From Cetorhinus maximus (lineage: Eukaryota): DNA of 64,000 bases. Every line of letters begins with the position of its first letter. The first letter of the stretch is position 1. The stretch lies in the NCBI RefSeq assembly GCF_964194155.1, contig NC_135897.1, forward strand, positions 16,058,001 to 16,122,000, read 5' to 3'. Below are positions 39,531-49,055 of this stretch, piece by piece. A program made the position numbers and the translations under genes. The notes under the pieces were generated by a model, which was given only the letters and a program-made list of their open reading frames with translations, searched no databases and was not told where the DNA came from.

Positions 39531-40399
39531 TATGGCTCTTCTTCAGAGCTAAAGAGAAGTAGAAATGTGATGGAATTTATACTATTTAAGTGGGGGGGAG
39601 GTGGAGCAAGTGAAGCAGGATAGGAGGTCAGCGATAGGTGGGAGCTAGGGAGAGATTGACAAAGATGCATGGACACAAGACAAAGGGAGTGTAAATGGTA
39701 GTGGTAAGGTCTGAAGAAGGTGCTGATAGTAGCATAAAGGTAAGAAAGCAGAACATGTGAATAGCAGAGGGTCAGCACTCTGTGAAAGAACAACGTGGAA
39801 CAAGTAGCAGATGGCCCTTTTGGGGGTGGGGTGGGGGGAGGGAGCAATAGTTGGGGAAAAAGGATAGAGAAAGGGATAAGGGGATAAAAAGGGATACAAT
39901 AATGAATAAAAATAAGTAAAAAATAAAAATGAATTTAAAGAAAGGGGTTAGAAAAGGGTGAAGTTAGAGGAGAAAGTTCATCAACAGAAAATGCTGGAAA
40001 AACTCAGCAGGTCCCATTTTTACATTTATTTTTGTTTTTAAATTTATTTTTTATTTTTATTCATTGTTTTATCCCCATGTGCCTTTTTCTATCCCTTTCC
40101 CCAACTACCGCCCCCTCCCCCCATCCCACCCCCCAATTGGACCATCTGTCACCTGTTCCATGTTGTTCTTTCACAGAGTGCTGACCCTTGTTCTGCTATT
40201 AACACATTTTTTTACCTTTATGCCACTATCAGCACCTTCTTTAGCCCTTACCACTACCATTTACATTCCCTTTGTCTTGTGTCCATGGCATCTTTGTCAA
40301 TCTCTCCCTAGCCCCTACCTATCGCTGAACTTCTATCCTGCTTTACCTGCTCCACCCCCCTTAAATAGTATAAATTTCATCACAGTTCTATCTCTCCTT

Positions 40400-40438
40400 A
40401 GCTCTGAAGAAGAGTCATACGGACTTGAAACGTTAACT
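40400..40438 (+). ncRNA. Minimal hammerhead ribozyme motif (Penelope pLTR)
   Basis: AGCT-CTGAAGA-A-GAGTC ATACG GACTT-GAA-ACGT-T-AACT: CUGANGA core, stem II, GAAA, palindromic ACGT stem III. Confidence 0.7.
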
Positions 40439-41849
40439 CTGTTTCTCTCTCCACAGATGCTGTCAGACCTGCTGAGCTTTTCCAACATTTTCTGTTGTTA
40501 TTAGAGATTTCTAGCCTCTGCAGTATTTTGCTTTTATCCATGCTAATATATTACCCCCTACACCATGAGCTCCTATTGTGCAGTAACCTTGTCAAATGAC
40601 TTCTGGAAATTTAAGAAAACCACATCTACAGGTTCCCCTTTATCCATGTTGCTTGTCACTTCCACAAAGAACTCTAATAAATTCATCAAACATGATTTCC
40701 CTTTCACAAAACCATGTTGACTCTGCCTTGATTGCTTTGAGATTTTCAAAGAACCCTACTGTAACCTCCTTAATGTTAAATTCTAGCATTTTTCCTACGA
40801 CAGATGTTAAGCTAACTGGCCTGTTATTTCCTGCTTTGTGTCTCTCTCCCATCTTGAACAGAGGAGTCACATTCACTATTTTCCAATCTGATGGGGCCTT
40901 TTCAGAATCTAGGGAATTTTGGAAAATTAAAACCAATGCATCTCCTGTCTCAGCAGCCACTTCTTTTAAGACTCTAGCTTGAAGTCCATCAAGACCTGGG
41001 GGCTTGTCAGCTTTTAATTCTAATCATTTTCTCAGTACCCTTTCCCTGGTGATTGTAATTGTTTTAAGTTCCCCCTTCCCTTTCACCTCTTGACTTACAA
41101 TTATTTCTGGGATGTTATTTGCCACTTCTACAGTGAAGACAGAGATACAAAATATCTGTTTAATTCATCCGCCATTTCCTTAATTTGCATTATTAATTCC
41201 CCAAACTCATTCACAGAGGGCCAATGTTCACTTTAGTTAGTCTTTTCCTTTTCTAAATAATTGTTGAAACCTGCTTTAATATTTCTAGTTAGCTTTCTCT
41301 CATACTCTAATTTCACCGTCCTCATTACTTATTAGCCATTCTTTGCTGATATTCATATTCTGTCCAATCTTCTGACCTGCCACTAATCTTTACAGAATTA
41401 TATGCTCTTTCTTTCAATTTGGTACTATCTTTAGCTTCCTTAGTTAGCCACAGATGATGTGTCCTTCTCATAGAGTCTTTCTCATTGGATTGTATCTTTT
41501 CTGAGTATTCTGAAATATCGCCTTAATTGTCTGCCACTGCATCTCTACTGACCGACCCCTTAACCTAACATGATTAACTCTGCTTTGTTTAGCAGGTTTC
41601 TTCATTGCTTTATAATCAAAGCAGCTGCTTCTCTTTTCCTACTTCCCACACAGAATATTTGATGCTTCCCATTTGAGTCTCTTGATGATATGAACAAATT
41701 TGGAATCACATCTTTTATTTGATAATGTTTTTCTCCTTTCAAGCTCCCTCAGCCTAGACATCCAGCTATTTAAAATTGCTGAAATGGGGAAAGAAAAGGC
41801 AAAGTTGTTCTCACAAAGACAGAGCAAAGGTAATGATGTTCCTTCTTCA

Positions 41850-42205
41850 GTACAGTACTGAGGGAGTGTTGCACTGTCGGAGGTCCCATCTTTTGCATGA
41901 GATCTTAAACTGAGGCCCTGTCTGCGCTCTCTGAATGGATGCAAAAGATCCCATGACACGATTTCAGAGAAGAGCAGGGGAGTTCTCCCTGTTGTTCTGG
42001 GCAATATTTATCCCTCAAACATCAATAAAACAGATTGTCTAGGTTATTATCTCGCTGCTGTTTATGGGAGCTTGCTAGGCGCAAATTGGCTGCAGCATTT
42101 CCCACATTGCAACAGTGACTCAACTTCTAAAACACTTCATTGGCTGTAAAGCACTTCGGGGTGTCCCGAGGTCATGAAAGACACATAGAAATACAGGTCC
42201 TTTTA
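41850..42205 (+). mobile_element. DeuSINE (SacSINE1-like)
   Basis: AAAGATCCCATG...GAAGAGCAGGGGAGTTCTCCC...GCAAATTGGCTGC...TTCATTGGCTGTAAAGC. Confidence 0.8.
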
Positions 42206-43655
42206 TTCAGTATGCCTACTGCTCGCTGCACCCTTTGATGTCATTGACCTGGCTCTCAAAGACCACATAACCACAAACACCCACATTTTTGTGGTGTTTT
42301 GTAATGAGCTTCTGTCAAATTGTTTGGTTTTCTTTCCTTTGCCTTTTCATGGATCACAGGACTGAGGTTCCAGAAGGAAAAACAAGCAGGAGGCCGGGGA
42401 ATGGTTAGCAGGTGAGGGGGAGTGTGCGAGAATAGTGCACCTCGACTTAGGCATTCCTGACTCAGAAGAACTTCCGATTTTCCTTTCCCTTTTGTACCTT
42501 TGCTGCGATGCGGATAGATGAAAAGGCAGAGGACGCTGGTTAAAAGTGTGAGCAAAGGGTGAAATATGAGGGTATTGGAGTAAGCGATGTAAAGATGATG
42601 CTGGGCCCTGCAGCATTCAGTCGGTGTCTGCATCATCAGGGCCAAGCATTGGCTGTGAAGTCAACCCCGGCCCTCATCCACAGGGAAAGATTCCAGCAAA
42701 GCAGCTCGGAATATGCCTGATGTGTGCCTGCTCGCAGTGGAATGGTTGAGTGGCAGCTCCGGGGAATTCAGGAAGCATCAAAAGTCAGCTTGGATATCAG
42801 GCATTTCAAAACACTGCTGCCTATTCCAGCTGCTGTGTGAAGTTTTCGAGAGAGCATGTTTTTCACTGTGTGCTGCAAAGCTTGAAGATGATAAAAAAAA
42901 AGCCAGCTTTATTTGCAGAGGCCAGAAAACAAGCAAATGGAATAGAGCATCATGACGACAATGAAAAACATTATCAAATAAAGGACGTGATTCCAAATTT
43001 GTTCATATCATCAACGGGCTCAAATGGGAAGCATCAAGTACTCTGTGTGGGAAGTAGGAAAAGGATTTGGCAAAGTTGGAGAGAAAAAAAATCCAGCAGA
43101 CTATGAGCTAAAAGTGAATTATTCTAACCTCAAAACTAATTTATTCAACAGTTCTTAAGCTTGTATCCAAACCTTATTTTTTATGAAAGGCACAAGAGAA
43201 TTGTATCCCTCAGTCACAAACCCTCCAATCTATTCTGTTCAAAAAATTCTGTTTTTCAAATGCACTGATTCTGCCACTGTAAGTTTCATTGAATGAAAGC
43301 AGCAATCCCATGATAGCAAAGGGATATTGTTATGTTTATACATCATGGAGAGTGCATTACCACGGCTGCTAACCGAGCCAATCTGATACCTGCCTCAAAC
43401 TATGTGTTGTTTTTAATAGCTGTTTTCCGGTGTCAGCTGTTGCTCAGTAATAGTACACCCACCTGTGAGTCAGAAGGTCGTGCATTCTAACAACACTCCA
43501 GAGACTTGATAATCTAGGTTGACATTCCAGTACCACATTGAGGGAGCGCTGCGCTGCTGGGGGTGCCACCTTTCAGATCAGCTGTTAAACTGGGGCTCAA
43601 TCCACCTTCCCAGGTGGATATAAAAGATCCCATGACACAATTTGAGGAAGGCCAG

Positions 43656-43700
43656 GGCCATGATTTTCCCACTGATGGGAGGGATTGGAAAATCCTGCCT
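43656..43700. mobile_element. 45-bp TIR-only Harbinger-like mini element
   Basis: GGCCATGATTTTCC...GGAAAATCCTGCCT interrupts the SINE core motif GAAGAGCAGGGG. Flanks cag/caa. Confidence 0.55.
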
Positions 43701-43835
43701 CAAGGGATTTATCCCAGTGCCCTGGCCAATGGCCAATCTTCAACCAGCATCACTGAAACAACTTAACTGGTCATTTATCTCACTGCTGTTGTGGGAACTT
43801 GCTATGTCTAAATTTGCTGTCAAAAACTACTCTTT

Positions 43836-44514
43836 GGCCAGAATATTGCTGTCGGCGTGAGCGGGCGGGGCCCAACATGCCAACGCTGCAAAATGACGCG
43901 CAGTGACATCGGGCATGCGTCCCGACGTCATCGTGCATTATTTAGATATTATGTTCGGCGGGCGTGTGCCAGAGGCGGCTGTGAGCCTGCCGGACTGTCA
44001 ACGGCCTATTAAGGCCATTAAAAAACCAATTACAGTAGTTATCAACACCGCCTGTTGGCGGGCAGGTGAAGAGCCCAAGCGGCCTTCCCGTTTTTCAGGA
44101 AACCTCATCAACGGGCGGGACGAGGTTTCCTGAAGCTTTTATAAAATTATTAATTAATTTTTGCACAGTTCACAAACACGTCCCAACTCAAGTGACACTG
44201 TCATATAAGGTTACATGTTTAAATAATTTTTAACTTTATTATATAAAAACTTTTATTATGCACTTAATCTCCATGAGGCAGCTCTGTGCCTCAGGCAGAT
44301 TGTTGCACTCTTTCACGCGCGTGTGTGAAAGACTGCAGGCCCTGACCCTTCCTCCTCCCCCGCCGACTGCACAGGTCCAGCCGTGTGTCACGCTGGGCGG
44401 GCCTTAATTGGCCCGCCCACGTAAAATGGCGGTGAGCTGCCGATTGTGGCCCGCGATTGGCTTTGTGCCTGCCCACTCCCGCTCAGCCCACCTGACACAG
44501 ATAAGTTTCTAGCC
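43836..44514. mobile_element. PIF/Harbinger-like MITE (~600 bp family), copy 4
   Basis: TIR GGCCAGAATATT / AAGTTTCTAGCC, TSD TTT/TTT, colinear with copy 1. Confidence 0.85.
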
Positions 44515-44544
44515 TTTGAAAGTGGTTAATTAGCTATCAAACAG

Positions 44545-44980
44545 ATTCACAAGAATGATACCAAGGCATAATTGTTAAATTGTAAGGATAGGCTGCAGTT
44601 TGTATTAAGGTTGAAGGGTGAAATTATTGAGGTGTTTAAGATGATTAAAGGGTTTGATAGGGTAGATAGAGAGAAACGATTTTCTCTAGTTGGGGGGAGT
44701 CCAGAACAAGGGACCATAACCTTAAAATTAGAGCTGGGCCAATCAGGAGTGATGCCAGGAATCACTTCTTCACACAAAGGGTTTTGGAAATCTGGAACTC
44801 TCTCCTACAAAAAGCTATTGAAGCTGGAGATCAATTTAAACAGAGATTGATAGATTTTTGTTAGGTAAGGATATTAAGGTTTATGAATCCATTACGGTTC
44901 GATGGAGTTAAGACACAGAACATATGATTTAACTGAATGGCAGAATAAGCTTCAAAGTCTGAATGGCCTCCTCCTGTAGC
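44545..44980 (+). mobile_element. CR1 LINE 3' fragment
   Basis: RLKGEIIEVFKMIKGFDRVDREKRFSLVG remnant and GAATGGCCTCCTCCTG tail. Confidence 0.8.
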
Positions 44981-46269
44981 CATACTCCTCAAGCACTTTG
45001 GGATGTCCTGAGGTTATAAAAAATAATATATAAATGCAAGTTATTTCTGAATGAATGAATTTCATGAATGAAAGTTAGCACAAAACTACCCAGTGGTTAT
45101 ATTCTGGTTTTAAGATCAAGGCTTTCAGGTGTTCTCCAGGGGCTGTGTTTTGGTATCTTAACAAAGACACTTTAGGTTGGGAAATGGAGCTCTCTATGCA
45201 TTATTGTTATGCTTCACCATAGCTGGTGCATTCCCTGACAGGTATTCCTGCCTAAATCTATTTGGTCTCACTGGACTGACGAATGGGCGGCTTTGTTCAT
45301 CCAGATGCCAGGATTTTGGCTCATACTATGGGGCCACTGTTGAGGAAAGATGTAGACCAGTAGGTCTTTCATTTCCTTGTGCATTACTGTGACCATAATG
45401 AAAGCAAACTCCTCTCCAGCATCTGCTCCAAACGCCTCTTCAACCTAACAAAGAAAGCGCAGCCAACCAACCTAGCACCAGCCCAACACAACCAGATTGA
45501 CTGCCAAGCATTGCAGCGTATAAAGAAATTCTAGTAGTTACAACCATTCCTGTAAATACCAAGAGGAGCAAATGTACAGTGACACAACTAACTATATGAT
45601 TATATGCAGAATACATTAAAACGTTGAGCACTGATGTCCATCTTCTATCATGGTTTGATTTTTTTGATGAGGTAAAACAGGGTCTGTACCAAAAGCCTTT
45701 AGCTGTACTCACAGTCAACAAGCTTTAGTTCACACTGACTAAAACTTGAATTGCAAATCAGGTGCCAAGTCCCAGATGGACACCAAAGTGAAGCTGAATG
45801 AGGCTCCCGGGCTCCAGGGGATCTCAGCCAGCTGAATTTTCAGTGTCAGATTGCGGCCTGATGCTGGATTCAGGCTGCATATACGCTCTGCACTGATGCT
45901 AGAATTGTGCTGTGAACTCACTCTCAAAACCTGAAGCTTTACAAGTACATAAATAACCTTATTGCAAATGTATGCACCATGATACCAAAAACCAACATAT
46001 CGAAAGTTGACACCCTGTTAAAGCAAATTACTTTAATGGGGACATTAACTTACCAGGTAGATCACTTTCAGGCTGTTGTTGACTCTAATACTTAAAATCA
46101 GTGTTAATGGATTCAGCTTAATGTGGTGAAATGGGATCGGATGAATGTGATGAATACTTTTCATTAGATAATTTAAAAGGCTTCAATTGTACATAAAACT
46201 CATATCAGTCCTGCTGTCCCTCAATCTTATATACTTGAACATTTTACATCCATTAAATCTGCCACAGGA

Positions 46270-46745
46270 GGTCTTGTGGTGCAGTGGGTTGTGTCCCTGC
46301 CTCTGAGCCAGAAGGTCTGGGTTCAAGTCCCACTCCAGGATTTGGCCAAGGAATGTACATTCATAGCACGGCCAAAACAGGTTGAGTATCAACTTGTAAA
46401 TCCTTTCAACACACGCCAGTGGCAGGTTGTAAGAGTGGGAGAGATTCCTGGTCAGCCATGTGATGGAAAGAAATTGGAGCCTCAGCCATCACTACCCATA
46501 GCTCTGGGCTACCACATATATGTAAAAGTGTATGTTGCCACAGCAACTTGGACTCCTTGGATGCTGGTGTGGACTAAATTGATGGCGACAAGAGGGGGGT
46601 TCAATTCCCATTCTGGCTGTGGCAGATTCAGGACCTGTCTCTTTGCCCTACCTGTGGTGGAGGTTGTGGCACTGTGGGTTGGACCTGCCTTTGGGCAGAG
46701 AACTGAAGAAGAGGATCTACAGTCACCCAGTAGCATCTAGCACAG
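46270..46745 (+). mobile_element. tRNA-headed SINE-like element
   Basis: TGGTGCAGTGGGTTG...GGGTTCAAGTCCC A/B-box-like head. Confidence 0.45.
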
Positions 46746-46788
46746 TCCCTGATACTAGGAAGTGGAGCAGCTGCAAGCTGATATTATA

Positions 46789-47891
46789 AAAACAAAAAGC
46801 TAAAAGCTACTGCGGATGCTGGAAATCTAAAACAAAATAAAAACAGAATTACCTGGAAAAACTCAGCAAGTCTGGCAGCATCGGCGGAGAAGAAATCAGT
46901 CAACGTTTCGAGCCCTCATGGCTCTTCGGCAGAACTGAAGCATAGTTTCAACAAGGGAGAAATATAAATTGGTTTAAGGTGGGTGGGGGGGGAAGAGACA
47001 CATTGAGGGTGTGGTGTGAGCAGATAATCAAAAGATGTCAGAGACAAAAGGGTCAAAGAGGTGTTGAAGGTGGTGGTCTTTGTCTGAGAAAAGTGCTAAT
47101 TAAGAATGGAAAACAGGATATTCAAATTGCAGCTCTAGTGGGGGTGGGGTGGAAAGACTAAAGGTTTTAGTTTTAGATTTAAAAATAATGGAAATAGGTG
47201 GGGAAAGAAGAATCTATATAAATTATTAAAAAAAAAGGCGGGTGGGGGGGGAAAATAAACGGGGTGGGGATGGGGGGAGGGGGAGTTTAAGATCTAAAGT
47301 TGTTGAATTCAATATTCAGCCCAGAAGGCTGTAAAGTGCCTAGTCGGAAGATGACTGGAGGAACAGCACCTCATCTTCCGACTAGGCACTTTACAGCCTT
47401 CTGGGCTGAATATTGAATTCAACAACTTTAGATCTTAAACTCCCCCTCCCCCCATCCCCACCCCGTTTATTTCCCCCCCCCACCCGCCTTTTTTTTTAAT
47501 AATTTATATAGATTCTTCTTTCCCCACCTATTTCCATTATTTTTAAATCTAAAACTAAAACCTTTAGTCTTTCCACCCCACCCCCACTAGAGCTGTACTT
47601 TGAATATCCTGTTTTCCATTCTTAATTAGCACTTTTCTCAGACAAAGACCACCACCTTCAACACCTCTTTGACCCTTTTGTCTCTGACATCTTTTGATTA
47701 TCTGCTCACACCACACCCTCAATGTGTCTCTTCCCCCCCACCCACCTTAAACCAATTTATATTTCTCCCTTGTTGAAACTATGCTTCAGTTCTGCCGAAG
47801 AGCCATGAGGGCTCGAAACGTTGACTGATTTCTTCTCCGCCGATGCTGCCAGACTTGCTGAGTTTTTCCAGGTAATTCTGTTTTTATTTTG
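46789..47891. mobile_element. Young 5'-truncated Penelope-like element with inverted pLTRs
   Basis: Arms 46833-47354 and 47371-47891 are near-perfect reverse complements. 47355 onward encodes LEEQHLIFRLGTLQPSGLNIEFNNFRS* (GIY-YIG C-terminus). 13-bp TSD AGCTGATATTATA at 46776-46788 and 47892-47904. Confidence 0.92.
47787..47827 (+). ncRNA. Minimal hammerhead ribozyme motif with variant core (mirrored on the minus strand in the left arm)
   Basis: CAGTT-CTGCCGA-A-GAGCC ATGAG GGCTC-GAA-ACGT-T-GACTG: all stems pair, but the core reads CUGCCGA instead of CUGANGA. Confidence 0.65.
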
Positions 47892-48704
47892 AGCTGATAT
47901 TATAGGCTTGTCCAACCAGTCTGCACTTCCTGACAACAGGACCAAGATTGGGAAATAGGCAACAGAATATCACTCGAGCAACACTAACATCTGATCTCTT
48001 AAAAATTATTTGCCATAATAACAATGATTAAAATTTCCATGAAAGGAAGGTCCAGAATGAATATGATTCTGCAATTCTATAATTGATGTTATACACCCTG
48101 GATTTACTAAAGAATCTTATAATGAGAGAAGTGGTGGGTGGCATGAATTTAAAACACTGCTCTTTCGCATCTGATATCTGGCTTTGAATAAAAGCCTCAG
48201 GGCATGATCATTGTCTATCTTCAAAGGTACAAAGCAAAATGACTTTACATAGTCTCAATCCAGTTCCTACTGGAATTGAGCCAATGGGACAAGCTACCTA
48301 TAATTCACCATTAATTGGCACACTCATATGCAAATGTTACATCGGTGCAGAGAGGGGTGTATTTTCTTTCAGATTGGGATTAAAATGCAGGTTTGGTAAA
48401 TGTACTACAATGTACCATTGTGTGATACTGAATCATATAGGTCAGAAAGGCTCCAGTTTTAACCGCTGTGTTATGTCTCAGCTGGACTCAATAGCGCTAT
48501 CCCTGGTCTCAGTGTCCTTGGGCAACCAAAGGGGAAACTAAAGCCTGCTAAGGTTCTCATTCCAGATCCCTATTCAGAGACCCTTGTTGAAATACATGTG
48601 CAGCACCAAGTCAAATCAAGGTAGAAGTCAGCTATGTTCCTCCCATGGTTGAATATCTTGCTCAAACACACTATCTGTACTCATGCTTGAAGCATGACGA
48701 CTTG

Positions 48705-49055
48705 GATAACAATGACAATTTACATTTATATAGTGCCTTTAACATAGTAAAAAATGTCCCAAAGCGCTTCACAAAAGCGTTACCAAACAAATATTTGACA
48801 CCAAGCCATGTCTTAGAAGAGAGGAGAGAGGTACAGAGGTTTTGGGAGGAAATTCCAGTGCTTAGGCAGCTGCCAATATTGCAGCGATTAACATTGGGGA
48901 TGATCAAGAGGCCACAATTGAAGAAATGCAAAGATCTCAGAGGGTCGAAGGAGGTTACAGAGAAGAGCAGGGATAGATTTGAATATAAGGGTGAGAATTT
49001 TAAAATCAAGGCATTGACAGGCCAGGAGCCAATATAGGTCAGTGAGCACAGGATG
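48705..49055 (-). mobile_element. L2-like LINE 3' fragment
   Basis: Minus-strand remnant HPVLTDLYWL...DFKILTLIFKSI and the tail CATTTATATAGTGCCTTTAAC on the plus strand. Confidence 0.65.

Larger units (their letters stand above)
38792..40534. mobile_element. Penelope-like insertion with inverted pLTRs
   Basis: Left part (38792-39960, excluding the MITE) is the reverse complement of about 40015-40500. 16-bp TSD TATCCATGCTAATATA at 38776-38791 and 40535-40550. Hammerhead motif in each arm. Confidence 0.85.
37729..41570 (-). mobile_element. CR1 LINE (~2 kb of ORF2 RT and 3' UTR) hosting nested insertions
   Basis: ORF fragments PSDWKIVNVTPLFK...NRPVSLTSVVGKMLE, VTSGVPQESVLGPQLFTIYINDLD...KFSD and FFSQGVVNLWNSL. 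Confidence 0.92.
43430..45042 (+). mobile_element. DeuSINE split by three later insertions
   Basis: Head at ~43430, core to 43835, tail AAGCACTTTGGGATGTCCTGAGG...ATAAATGCAAGT at 44991-45042. Confidence 0.65.
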
